This document shows, piece by piece, positions 21,486 to 35,032 of a stretch of DNA of 64,000 nt (position 1 is its first letter; each line of letters opens with the position of its first letter). The notes under the pieces are model-generated. The model was given only the letters and a program-made list of their open reading frames with translations. It was not told where the DNA came from and searched no databases. Location: positions 78,678,001 through 78,742,000 of the forward strand of contig OZ024746.1 in NCBI GenBank assembly GCA_964016885.1. The letters run 5' to 3'. This DNA is from Eledone cirrhosa (Eukaryota). The position numbers and the translations under genes were made by a program.

Positions 21486-22032
21486 CCCGTTCGTTTCCAT
21501 ATTTTCAATGAAAATAATGTCTGATTTTAAAATAAATTTGAAAATTAATCAAGAATTTGAAATGATTTAGTAATATAAAACGTTTTCATTATTTTCAAAT
21601 CCCGCCGAGGTTAACTTTGCCTTTCATCCTTACGGGGTCGATAAAGTAAAGTACCAGTAATGTACTGGGTAATTGCTGGCCTTGTTCCTAAAATAGAAAC
21701 AATTATTAAGCTGTTATTGGTAGAGAGTCGGACACCATGCTTTGCTGCATAGAGTTACAGCCCTTTATTTTCTGAGTTCAAATCCCGCCGAGGTTAACTT
21801 TGCCTTTCATCCTTACGGGGTCGATAAAATAAAGTACCAGTAATACACTGGGATAATTGCTGGCCTTGTACCCAAAGTAGAAACAATTATTAAGCTGTTT
21901 GGAACATTACTTGATAAAGGTTCTTACAAGAAATAAATATGGAAGGTTTTAGATGAATTAAAAAATAATTGTTTTTTTTTATATTTTATTGTAGAACCAA
22001 AGGCAGTTTTAGGCGATTTGGCATCAAAAGGA
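21486..22032. mobile_element. Possible old piggyBac-like MITE hosting a SINE dimer
   Basis: TTAA on both sides; ends CCCGTTCGTTTCCA vs reverse complement TCCTTTTGATGCCA (9/14). Confidence 0.4.
21594..21891 (+). mobile_element. Head-to-tail SINE A dimer (partial plus near-full)
   Basis: Both units end GTAGAAAC/ATAGAAAC-AATTATTAAGCTGTT. Confidence 0.9.
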
Positions 22033-22172
22033 TTAAAAGATCCAGATATTCTCCTCTAACGTATTTTGTTAGAGGACAACATCAATAAACTTATAATCTT
22101 AGTCAAACGAAATTCTGATATTTAAAAAGAAAGTCTTCCATATTTTAACTATGTCACTGATACATTGCATTT

Positions 22173-22252
<80 letters not shown>

Positions 22253-22764
22253 GTATGTATGTATGTATATATACATATAACTCGGATCAAGCTTCCGTTT
22301 TTGTTCTTGCTTGTGAAAATATATATTATCAGTGTTGCTTGCGTTAAAAACAAGTTTAGTCTTCTTGATCAATATTTTCTTTTCTTAATGTATTTCCGCT
22401 CTGTTCTGTCTCACCGACAATTTTCGTCCATTTTGAATGGATTTCTTATATTTTGTTCTTTTCTCACTTACTCATCATGTTTTGAACTTACTTTATCAAT
22501 ATAATTTCCCTAGATTTTGTTTTTTTCAATGTCATTAATATTCATACATTTATGTTAAAAGTAGCGGATTAGCAGGCACTGCCGAACGACAGACAAATCA
22601 CTTTGCGGTTATGATTTTTGAAGTTCTGCGTTCAATATCCAACATTTGTGAACTTAACTTTTTATCTTTTCGAAGACTGATAAAATAATTAGCTGCGGGA
22701 CGATTTAATCAACTCTAACGTCCCACTAGAGTTTATGACATTGCGTGCTCTCACACGCACGCAC

Positions 22765-22897
<133 letters not shown>

Positions 22898-23052
22898 GTG
22901 GTGGAGAAACACACTTGCTAGAGAGGCAGACGAAGTACTTTGTGGGTTATCTTTACTTTCTGTGTTCAGATCCACTTGGAGTCGTCTTTCAATGTACAAC
23001 CTTCCCCCTTTATAAAATAATTGGCATCAATGAAAGGAATACATCAGGTTAT

Positions 23053-23238
23053 GTGGATTGGCAGCATCGGTAGAGGGCCGGACGCCTTGCTTTGAAGCAT
23101 AGAGTTACCTCCCTTTATAATCTGAGTTCAAATCCCGCCGAGGTTAACTTTGCCTTTCATCCTTACGGGGTCGATAAAATAAAGTACCAGTAATGTACTG
23201 AGTAATTGCTGGCCTTGTGCCAAAAGTAGAAACAGTTA
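23053..23238 (+). mobile_element. SINE family A
   Basis: Full match to the family consensus. Confidence 0.92.
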
Positions 23239-23259
23239 TATAGTCTGTAAAACATTATT

Positions 23260-23540
23260 ACTGAAAATCGTACGGGATGGTCATGTCTGGAATGCCTTTC
23301 GGCAAATGTCTTCTCGACGGGAACAGACAGCAATTTGAAGGAACATCTATGTGTTCGCTTGACTAGCCAGAAATAGCAACCAAATTACTTTCAAATCATG
23401 TCCTATCATCTTATAAAAGGAATGACACGTTGGATGTTAGATCTAGTTACGTTATATTTGAATAAAAAAGACAGGATGGTCAAGACTGGATTGACTATGG
23501 TCATATGACTCATGAATAAGGGCTAAGCTAAACAATAACA
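23260..23540 (-). repeat. Interspersed repeat family D (GCTATTTCTAGC / GACCATCCCG motifs)
   Basis: Related pieces at ~9240-9280, 20850-20990, 39330-39800, 52655-52790, 57925-58170, 61900-61990. Confidence 0.6.
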
Positions 23541-24867
23541 ACGGTATGTATTCAAATACAATCTTAGCAGTTTAGAGACTCGCTCTCAGCTAGTGCTTAA
23601 CTGTGGATATGAATATGGATTTGTGACTTAGAAATGAACCTTCCTCTGATTTAAAGCTGGGGTGGGCTGTGCAACATATTCCTTTGGCAGGCCACTTTTG
23701 AACATTGGAACAACTATTAGGGCCGTTAATATTTATTAAGCACCATTCCAAAGATTCACCACAACTTCTTTCCATAACATGGAACTGGGAAATTAGAACA
23801 CACAAAACCTTATCAGCGAAGCCCTTTAGTATAGGTCAACTAACAGAAAATTGTACTACGGTTACGAAAAAGTTCTAAATAAGCCTACAAGGTAAAAATT
23901 AAAAACTGTCATCGGGGGCCACTCTGACTGGTCTGGCGAGCCGGATTGTGGACCGTGGGCCGCTTGTTGCATGCCCCTGATTTAAAAGATGAAAAGCAAA
24001 GGTGTCCTCAAAGTAAACTCAGAGTGCAGAGAGCCAGAAGAAACACCTAGGAAAAATACATTTAATTTCCCTCCATCTTTATTTATTCATGTTTTTACTC
24101 CCACACAATTTCTTTAAAGACCCTAATAAACACATTATTCTTTTAATCTCAAATATTACGCAATATTTTTTGCTGAGTGGATATTTTTCAAATTTGTTGA
24201 ATGTTATAAGACCGAATAGAGCTTAGATGTATGTATGCATATGTGTGTATATATACATGCATGCATGCATATATATAAAAGAAAGATTTGTATTCTTCCA
24301 TAAATATATGCAAATGCACTTAGATAACTTTGCATACACATATACATACAAAAGTACGCAGGTACATACTTTACCTAACTCACTTACATAACTACACACA
24401 TAGATATACATAAGTACACACCTACCTACCTACATACCATCCTACCTATCTACCTACCTACATATATACATAAATACACACACATGAATGGATACACATA
24501 CATACATACATACATACATACATACATACACACATACATACATACACACATACATACATACATACATACATACATACATACATACATACATACATACATA
24601 CATACATACATACATACATACATGTATGTTTGGCACAGTGACCAACACAATTGAAATTTATTCTTCGACAAATAGGAACGAATAGGTTTCGCCAGTAATT
24701 TAATGCAAATACACTCACATAACATGTACATATAAATACATACACACACACACACACACATACATATATACATACATATATATACACACACACACACACA
24801 CATACATATATACATACATATATATACACACACACACACACACATACATATATACATACATATATAT

Positions 24868-24928
<61 letters not shown>

Positions 24929-24980
24929 TGTATATAGAAGCCATTTCTATATTATATATATACATATATATATATATATG

Positions 24981-25091
<111 letters not shown>

Positions 25092-25623
25092 GTATGTATA
25101 TAATATATATATATATCTATATATATATATGCATACATACATACACACACGTATATACACAAATACACATACACACACGCATTTATATATGGAAGAAATA
25201 ATGGAAGAGGGTGGGGGCGGGGGGGGGGAGATTGAACGAAAGAGAAAGAAGCAAGGATCAAGGAGACTATTGAGAGCAATGATAAAACAATGGTGCGGTG
25301 GGGTGGAGCAGGGTGGGGGTGGGATTGGGGGTGAAATTAAAGATGGAAGCATCGAGAAGCATAAGAGTTCTGTTAATATATAAAGTCAAGCCTGTCCTCC
25401 TTTCTTGTTGTGTAACTTGTTGGTTGGTGGCAAAGAAGAATTGGAAAGGGAGGTGGGATACAAACTGGCTACAGATCAAATATGGCGTGTTAGCTATTGT
25501 GTAAAGAGAGTAGGAACGGAGAGGAGTGGAGGGAGAGGAGGGAAGGGGAGGAAATTGAGACGAGAAGAATAGAGAAACTAATAGAATGTGAGTAATGTGA
25601 TAGATAAATAGATAGATAGAGAG

Positions 25624-25777
<154 letters not shown>

Positions 25778-27391
25778 TATATATACATATATTTATACAT
25801 ATATTTATACATATACGTACACACTCACATATATATATATACATACACACTCACATACATACATACATACATACATACATACATACATACATACATACAT
25901 ACATACATACATACATACATACATACATACATACATACACACATATTTAGCGGCAGAGAGAGATGAAAACTACGAGAAGTATGTGGTGAAGTGGTGAAGA
26001 AGATGCAGATAGCTGGTAGAAATAGTAGAAATGCTAGCTATTTCCTCTTTGTATAACATTCCTAATTTATCTCGTCCATAATTTGTGAGTTATGGCTAAC
26101 GTAAGTTTAACCTTTTGATTTTAAAGATCAAATCAACTTGTCTGCTGGCCAAAACCTCAGAGAGTTTCCAGCAGTATGTATAGATCACCGTGAAGGCACC
26201 TAGCTTAGTGGTTAGGATGTTGGGCTTAAGATTTGAAAGTCATGAATTCGACTCACGTACTGGGTGGCTCGTTTTATCTTTGTGCGTGGTACTTTAGTTG
26301 ATTCCCTTTTTTCTTTGGACAACGTTGGTATCATGGAGACAATAGAAGCAGCAACAAAAACTCATCGTTTGCGAATCAGAAAGAAATTTTGAACATTGGC
26401 CACTCCAGGGAAAGAAATTGTGGTAGAGGTATGTTACAAAAAACTGTTTTTCTATCTGACGATTTCACCTGAGAGGTTTCGTTGTGGCCCCAATGGGGAA
26501 TTTGTTGGATGTCTTAACCAATGTGGAGCACCATTGAGCACCATTAAGATCGAAAACATGGCGAGAAACAAGCGAAGATTCTGCACAGTTTTCGTCTACC
26601 AAATTTTACTCACAAATTATTGGTCAACTGAATATAGCAGAAAACACTTGTCGAAGATGGGACCTGGTGAAATCTAACAGAAGACAGATGGCTGCGAAGT
26701 AAACTTTTTCAGCACAAAGTCATGTCATTTTAATTCTTTTATAAACTACTCACTTAACTATTGTGATCCATTGCAGATCGCATCCCTGCGTAATTTCTTT
26801 ATAGAATTTTTTCCTCTCCTAACTGCCTTCATTGATTATAGAGTTTCTTGTCTCCCCGATAAACATCTCCCTCCCCCTCCCGTCTCCCCCGTCCCCCTCC
26901 CGTTGGGGTTATCCTCTAACTCATCAATTACGATTAGCGAATTAGATGAGATTATAGTATCAGATTTTTTCTTCCTCGTTCTGTGAGATCTTGTTGATGG
27001 CATAGATAAATATGGCGGTAGTGTAGGTGGCGTTGGTGGGTACGTATTGTTAATGTGATGGGGGGTGGGGGTCGAGTATGGTGATGGTGGTAGTGGTGGG
27101 GTTGGAAGAAGGAATGCTGGTGGCATCGGTAGTGATGGTGACGACTTTGGTATTGGTAGTGATAGTGGAAGTGGTGGCGTGCGGTGGTGGTGGTGGTGGT
27201 GGTGGTGGAGATGTTGGTATTAGGGTGTAGCTGTACAGGATCTAATCTGGATATCTCTAATTGGGAGTTATGTGACACCCCAGTGGGATATCACTGAATC
27301 GTCTTGTTGACTACATAAATGGATATGACTACATAAGGTACAAATCACATATGTATAAATATATATATATATATATATATTTTTTTTTTGA

Positions 27392-27435
<44 letters not shown>

Positions 27436-27525
27436 CGAAGGAAATGTGGTAAGGAACCAGGTGAACCATAACGCACCAAAGTACTCAATACTTAGGGTAG
27501 TAGAGTGGGTAATAGGAACGAGTAG

Positions 27526-27574
27526 GACCCCGACGGCTGAGCTCAAGCCGTTTCGACGGCTAATTCTGGACTAA
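27526..27574 (-). ncRNA. 3' half of a hammerhead inside a short foldback (arms 27513-27526 / 27580-27593)
   Basis: CGAAACGGCU UGAGCUC AGCCGUC GGGGUC; palindromic loop 3 region. Confidence 0.6.
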
Positions 27575-27590
27575 ATTAGCCTACTCGTTC

Positions 27591-27627
<37 letters not shown>

Positions 27628-27855
27628 TATTTGCGTATCGAGAGAGAGAAAAAAAAGGGGAGGATAGGTGATACATATAGTTATTTGCCAAGTAGCGTAT
27701 GCCAAAGGTGCTCGATACTAGTGCCGGCAGTATTAAATATTCGAAGTGTTAATATTTATAAAATAATTTTTTTTAAGAAAAATTCTTTTTGGATTTTGGG
27801 AAGAAAATAAATTTGTTGAAAGCACAAGTGAAGCCATTTTTTCTTCCCCCCTGTC

Positions 27856-28077
<222 letters not shown>

Positions 28078-28096
28078 ATATATCTATATATATGTA

Positions 28097-28355
<259 letters not shown>

Positions 28356-28378
28356 AACAAGGGGAAGAAGAATACTGC

Positions 28379-28868
28379 ATGGTTGCACATGGATTACATA
28401 TTATAAAATTAGTCCCTCATCAGTGATTTTGCCAACCATCATTGGTATTTCATCGCATTAAAAATCAGATACCTCAGGTTGGTGCGAGCAATAACTAAAA
28501 TAAGCTATTGGGACAAGTGAAACGCGTAAAGCAAGTGAGACAAGTAAACAACAGAAGGAAAAGCAAACCGAAGGTTGGAAAACAGCAAGCCACATGGTAG
28601 TTATCCGATCAGCATAAGCTGGGTGAATTTCATGAGCGGTCAGAGAAGCAGACCGTACGTCGTGAATGCGGTGTGAGAAAGAAGGAACCCCACTACTAGC
28701 GAACGGGAGGAAGTGAGAAGGGGAGAAACAGAGAGTGAGTGAGTGGAAGTGCGAGGAAGAGGTCAGTCGAGAGAAAAAGTGTAACTGACAGAGAGGGTGA
28801 AAGAAGGTAAGAGAAACAGAGAGAACGGGGGAGCAGTAAGAGAGAAAGAGCGAAACAGATAATCGCAG
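28379..28868. mobile_element. ~490-bp dispersed repeat (second copy 50358-50846), putative Penelope-like pseudo-LTR piece
   Basis: Near-identical copies; CTCATCAG and GAAACGCGTA half-motifs; GA-rich end next to (TA)n. Confidence 0.7.
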
Positions 28869-28927
28869 ATATATATATATATATATATATACATATATAT
28901 CTCTATATATATACATATATATATATA

Positions 28928-29005
<78 letters not shown>

Positions 29006-29048
29006 TATATACATATATACATATACATATATATATATATATATATAT

Positions 29049-31347
29049 CCGTTTGACGCTATGGATTTCCACAATGCAAACTGGGAAGCGATCAGTCATG
29101 ATCTTGCACATGTCGACTGGTCCTTCACGCACACTCACACACCCACTAACATCAAAAAGTCCTGGCAGACATTTGTGGACACTGTTACAAACATATGTGC
29201 AAAACACACCCCATTAAGAACTATAAACAAATCTAAGAGCAGAATCCCTAGAAATAGAAAAACGCTCATCAGAAAAATTAAGAGAACTAACAAAAAAATC
29301 AACAAGCTGAAATACTGTCAGCAGCAACACATCAACTTGACTGCCATTTCATCACTAGAGATTAAAAAAACATAACCTCCAAAACAACATGATGTCTATC
29401 ATCAACAATCAGAGAAGAGCTGAAGAGGCCTGGGCCATTGAGAAGATCAAACTCAATCCCAAAGTGTTCTTTTCATTTGCAAAAAAACACAAAATCACTG
29501 GCTCTACTGTTGGCCCTCTAATCGATGAAAATGGCACTCTTCAAGACAATGCTAAAACCATGGGTGAGATACTGCAGAAACAATACTGCTCTGTCTTCAG
29601 CAATCCTGATATGGCCGATCTGGGCTGTATCGGCGATGTTACTCCCCATTACACCTTATCGGACATAACGTTTGGCGCCCCTGATGTCTTAGCGGCAATA
29701 AAGGAAATCAAGCATAATTCAGCAGTAGGTCCCGATAGGTTCCCTGCTTGTGTCTTGAAGGCGTGTCAACACCAACTTGCATCTCCTCTTGCCAATCTGT
29801 GGCGGAACTCACTGGATGCTGGATGTGCCAGAAAACCTTCTATCCCAGTCTGTTGTCCCAGTTTTCAAAAAAGGAAACAAATCCCTTGCCGTGAATTACC
29901 GTCCAATCTCACTCACCTCTCATATCATTAAGGTATTTGAGAGAGTGGTGAGATCACGAATGACCCACTTCCTTGAGAGTAACAATATGCTGAACTCCAA
30001 CCAGCATGGATTCCTTAATGGAAGGGATTGCCTGACGCAGCTACTGCATCACTTTGATGACATTTTGAGAGCCTTGGGAGAGGGTTCCAACACTGATGTT
30101 ATCTACCTTGATTTCAGCAAGGCCTTTGACAGGGTTGATCACAACATTCTACTGAGAAAGCTGTTCAATATTGGTGTCACTGGAAAGCTGCTGCAGTGGA
30201 TCAAGTGCTTCCTGTCAAACAGAACCCAACATGTTGTAGTCGAAGGAGTCAAATCCAGCCCAGCCAAAGTCAGTGGTGGGGTCCCATAAGGCACTGTGTT
30301 GGGCCCACTTCTCTTCATCATCTATATTAATGACATTACTGACATCATCAAACACAGCAACATTAGAATTTTCGCTGATGATTCCAAGCTCCAAAAGGTC
30401 ATCAATGGCGTGGATGACCGGATAAGCCTACTGGCTGTTACCCAATGGGCGGAAAAGAACATGTTACTGAACGAAGACAAATTCGAACTGATCCACTTTG
30501 GAAAAGAGGATGCTCTGAAACTCCCGTACTCCCTTCCCTCCGGTGAAACTCTCGTGGCATCTAACAACATCAGAGACTTGGGAGTAACCGTGGACAGCAA
30601 CATAAGCTGGGCCACGCATATAAGCAGCAAAGTTGACATGGCCCGCAGAATGTGTTCCTGGATCCTCAGAACCTTCCAGTCGAGAGATTCCCACACCATT
30701 ATCCTTCTCTTCTCCACTTTTGCCCGACCACACCTTGAATACTGTTGTCCACTGTGGTCCCCCCACACGAAACAAAGTATCATGAAACTTGAAGCTCCCC
30801 AAAGGGCAATCACGAAAAAGATAGATGGCATGTCAGACCTTAACTACTGGGGTCGACTAGAAAAGCTGAAACTTTACTCACTCCAACGTCACCGTGAGCG
30901 TTATATTATCTGCATGATGTGGAAAATGTTTCATCAGCACTGCCCAAATGATGTTGGCATCACTTTCAAAATACACCCAAGGCTTGGGCCCCGTGCTATC
31001 CGTCCCAAACAAAAATCTAAATCGCAACTCATAACAACAATACGGCACAATTATTTAACCTCAATTGGCCCTGCTCTCTTCAACATCACACCAGGACACG
31101 TCAAAACAGAAACTGACCACACAAAATTCAAGAAGTCTTTGGACAAATTCCTCCAAGTAATCCCGGACAAACCACCCACACCCGGATATGTCTCCGCAAA
31201 CAGTAATTCTCTTCTCGAATGGGCCATGGTGCCTAAATCCTGAATTGAAAGACTTCGCCAGGTGGTGCTATTAAGTTAGACATGGCCTGGGCCAATACTG
31301 GCCAAAACATTTAAAAGTTATTCAAAGTTATTCAAAGTTATTCAAAG

Positions 31348-31350
<3 letters not shown>
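29049..31350 (+). mobile_element. 5'-truncated CR1/L2-group LINE; disrupted reverse transcriptase
   Basis: NYRPISLTS, QHGF, IYLDFSKAFDRVDH, GVP*GTVLGPLLFIIYIND (TAA where Q is expected, 30287), FADD; frameshifts near 29375 and 29820; tail (TTCAAAGTTA)n at 31311-31350. Confidence 0.96.
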
Positions 31351-31442
<92 letters not shown>

Positions 31443-31602
31443 TATATATATTTCGCTTATCAAAAGATTTGAAATTCAGAGAATTTCCAATGGAAAGATA
31501 TAGCTTTTCAGATAGCTTTTCCAAATCTACTAGACATAAGTCCGTATAGATGTAGATATATCACCCTCTGCCCAGTGAATGAATCAAGCCGTTAAAATGA
31601 CC

Positions 31603-31667
<65 letters not shown>

Positions 31668-31670
31668 TAA

Positions 31671-31794
31671 TTTATTATGGCTATTGGTGAGCTTTGTTAC
31701 TCTAAAGTTTCACCTGCGCACTCACAGGATCACCAGTCTTGTCTGGTGAGTACGCAAATGAGACTCCAGAGTAACAAGGCTTAGTCATAATAAA
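31671..31794. repeat. Imperfect foldback, each arm with a decayed hammerhead-like motif
   Basis: Arms TTTATTATGGCTA..GCTTTGTTACTCTAAAGTTTCACCTGCGCACTCAC and its approximate reverse complement; right arm reads CTGGTGA-GT-ACGCAA-AT-GAGAC. Confidence 0.7.
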
Positions 31795-32089
31795 TGAATA
31801 TTCAAACTCTACTTCGGTATTGAGTCCGTCAATAATTCACGTTAGTCTCAGGTCTTGAATAATTGTCCCCACCCCCCTCTTATTAATTTGTCAGACCCCC
31901 TCACCCCGGTTTTTATTCCACCCCAAACCTCCACTTGCTTATTAAATTTTGCTAATCTATCTCCGGCAAAATTGATTCATATCGACACAGCAGCTGGAGA
32001 ATCTAATAATAATTATTTTATTTTACATTGAAAAAACATAAGAAGAACATTTCGAGAAATTATTATCGTATAATTTGGGACCTGAAAGT

Positions 32090-32975
32090 ACCACCAAACT
32101 CTCCTCTTCTCTAATGTCTATCACACAAAACTCTCTTTTAATCCCCCCTTTCTGTAACTACCAAACTCTACCCCTCTCTATATCTACTACGACACCGTCT
32201 CTCTTATCCTACTCTTTATATCTAACGCTAATACACTCTCTCACTCTCTATAAATATCTTCACTTATCTCTCCCAATCCCCCTCTGTATATCAATCACCC
32301 AGAACTCTCATCCTCACTATATCTACTACACGGCACTCTCCCATGATCCCTCTCTGTATATCTACAACCACCAAATTCTCCCCCTTTCTATATCTACTAC
32401 ACGGTACTCTCTTCCAATACCCCTCTCTATATCAATATACATCAATCTCTCCCCCTCTGTTTATCCTATCAATACCTATCTCTATCAATCCTCTCACTCT
32501 ATTCATTACTACCCCCCCCTCTATATATCTACTACACGGAACTCGGGGGTGTGTGCGACCCATGTCAACGCCTCTCCCTATTGAGGACATCGATTGTTAA
32601 ATTTAATTTGTCATATGTTTTTTACACGTCTTTTTAAATGTATGTAAACTCCCCCCTTTGTATTTGTCCCAATCTTTGATGCCCTGGTGGCAAATAAATA
32701 GAAATATATATCAGTATACATCAATCTCTCCCCCTCTCTATATCCTATCAATACCTATCTCTATCAATCCTCTCACTCTATTCATTACTACCAAACTCCC
32801 CCCTCTCTATATCTACTACACGGAACTCTCTTCCAATACTTCTCTCTATATCAGTATACATCAATCTCTCCCCCCTCTCTATATCTAATATACAACACAC
32901 TGTCCCAACCTTCCTCCCTCTATCAATTACACCAAACTCTCTCCCTCTTTATATCTATCTCTCCCACCTGTCTCT
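32090..32975. repeat. Diverged C/T-rich minisatellite (ATATCTACTACACGG units)
   Basis: Repeated CTATATCTACTACACGG; 32427-32544 duplicated at 32706-32828. Confidence 0.8.
32545..32705 (+). mobile_element. Short 3' UTR stub of the Tx1 family seen at 7571-8613
   Basis: GGGGTGTGTGCGACCC, CCCTATTGAGGAC, TTTGATGCCCTGGTGGCAAATAAA match the reverse complement of 7575-7820. Confidence 0.8.
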
Positions 32976-33103
32976 ACATAACATGCACATGAATTGAAGG
33001 GCATATAAAAAATAGATGTGTTTTTTGATAGTTTGGGGAGAAAAACATAATTATTGAGGGTAGGTATGGCTCTCTCTGGCACCCTCATTTCCACCGCCCC
33101 TGC

Positions 33104-33214
<111 letters not shown>

Positions 33215-33311
33215 AAGGTATATATTGAGTTAGAAACTCAAAATAGTCTCTTACAATAAAATAGCTCTAGGAAAGAGATATTTCCGAGCCGTATAATATA
33301 ACTGAATATAA

Positions 33312-33770
33312 AAGAAAAACGAACACAGATATATAGATATATGTGTTGAAATCGTAAGGGGCCAGGTTCGCTAAGGTGGAAAGAATACTAACTATAGACA
33401 ATAGGGTTTGCCTGTCTCAATTTAAGAAAAAATCAAGAAAATAAATACAAACCGGAATTGTGGTAACTACCAATCCCCCGGACAGCTTTGATGATGCTGT
33501 TTCGCAAAATTAATTGTGAAGAGGAATACCAATCTTTGCTCATCAGCGGGATGAAGAATTATTAGTATCCTGGTCACTTCTAAGTATATTAAAAAAACTG
33601 AATAGTGTGCGTATATATAACAACGCACATGGTATCTGAACTTAGCGTGTCTCACAAACTCACACCACTAAAAATAGCAGCCAGGTTTACTCGACATTTG
33701 AATTAGCTCAACAAATCTGGTCCCTTACGATTTGAACACATATATGTATATGTCTGTGTTCGTTTTTCTT
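33312..33770. mobile_element. Foldback element (~64-bp arms 33312-33375 / 33707-33770) enclosing a hammerhead
   Basis: AAGAAAAACGAACACAGA...AAATCGTAAGGG vs CCCTTACGATTT...TCTGTGTTCGTTTTTCTT; between (TA)n tracts. Confidence 0.85.
33476..33551 (-). ncRNA. Canonical type I hammerhead ribozyme
   Basis: ucccg-CUGAUGA-GCAAAG..UUUUGC-GAAA-CAGC aucaucaaa GCUG-UC/cgggg; all core positions canonical; GUC cut predicted between 33481 and 33480. Confidence 0.88.
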
Positions 33771-33810
33771 ATACACATATATATATATATATAAATACAT
33801 ATATATATAT

Positions 33811-33882
<72 letters not shown>

Positions 33883-34010
33883 GTGAGGTTTTTTTACAAA
33901 ATGAAAAATAACCGAGGTGTCCTACACGAGTGAAAGTATAAAGAAAAAAAGATGAAATCGAAAATGCAACTGGAGTCTTATTTAAAAAAATATATACATT
34001 TATTTGGTTC

Positions 34011-34046
34011 CTTTACCGGTTTCGCAGTTCTTCTGCTTTTCAAAAG
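34011..34046 (-). ncRNA. Minimal type I hammerhead, U3-A8 variant (left arm)
   Basis: Exact reverse complement of 34484-34519. Confidence 0.7.
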
Positions 34047-34483
34047 TAGAGTTGAGATGGAGGGTCTGTGGTTTTTCTTACATCTGGTTGGTCTTTGAAT
34101 GTTACTTGTTTTATATGGAAAAAAGTGGCTCGAAACACCAGGTTTTTAGAGAAGTAATTTGATTGGTTGGTCAATAAGTATAATAAATTTCGCGCCAGTT
34201 CGCGTTACAAAGTTCTTCAAACAAGGGGGGGGGGGCGTGCGGGGGCTAGGTTGTTTTTTCATATATGAGTGTTTGAATTACTTTTTATTTAAAAAAGGGC
34301 TCACGAAAGCTTTTTCTAAAAAAATGTAATCTGATTGGTTATAAATGAAATTATGGCTGTCCCGTGAACAAGTTCATTAAATTTCGCGCCCGTATTTCGG
34401 AATTTGTTTTTTACTTAAAAAAAAGTAACATTCAAAGACCAACCAGATGTGAGAAAAACCACAGACCCTCCATCTCAACTCTA

Positions 34484-34519
34484 CTTTTGAAAAGCAGAAG
34501 AACTGCGAAACCGGTAAAG
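34484..34519 (+). ncRNA. Minimal type I hammerhead, U3-A8 variant (right arm)
   Basis: cuu-UUGAAAA-GCAG aagaa CUGC-GAAA-CCGG-UA/aag; palindromic ACCGGU stem III. Confidence 0.7.
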
Positions 34520-34743
34520 GAACCAAATAAATATATATATTTTTTAAAAATAAGACTCCAGTTGCATTTTCGATTTCATCTTTTTTTCTCTCTCTCTCTA
34601 TATATATATAGTTGTATGGTTGCAAGAAAATTGCGTCCGTAGGCAGTATGCCGGTTGAGCACTCGATACTCGTGCAGAGCAGAGTATAATACTATAAGGA
34701 TAATGGTAAAGGATTCAGTGTTGCATCATAACATATTTGATAG

Positions 34744-34833
34744 CATATTACATATGTTTCACTATCGATCAGCTCGGGGCAAGACCTATTATAGCTCGAA
34801 CCTGACTCTGTAATCGAAAGATCGTCAGATATG
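34744..34833 (-). ncRNA. Type I hammerhead ribozyme with extended stem II
   Basis: cauau-CUGACGA-ucuuucgau...aucgauagu-GAAA-C auau G-UA/auaug; lies in foldback 34724-34772 / 34960-35009; decayed tandem copy at ~34855-34940. Confidence 0.8.
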
Positions 34834-35032
34834 CAGATATGATTTCGTCTCCGATTTTATGTGTTTCACTGTCGATGAACTCGAGGAACGATCTATTCAT
34901 GATCGATCTTGACTCTGAAATCGGAAGCTCCCCAGATATGTGTATATATAGACTTGTGTCTGATCGACAATGAAACATATGTAATATGTAATTAAATATG
35001 TATATGATGTTGAAATATCACCTTCTGCGTTT

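Larger units (their letters stand above)
33942..34589. mobile_element. Foldback element with ~166-bp near-identical arms (33942-34107 / 34423-34589)
   Basis: Arms are reverse complements with few differences. Confidence 0.93.

Noticed and set aside
27690-27735. Similarity to 34640-34690 (GTATGCC..CTCGATACT.GTGC)
   Set aside because: Too short to classify; no ribozyme fold found
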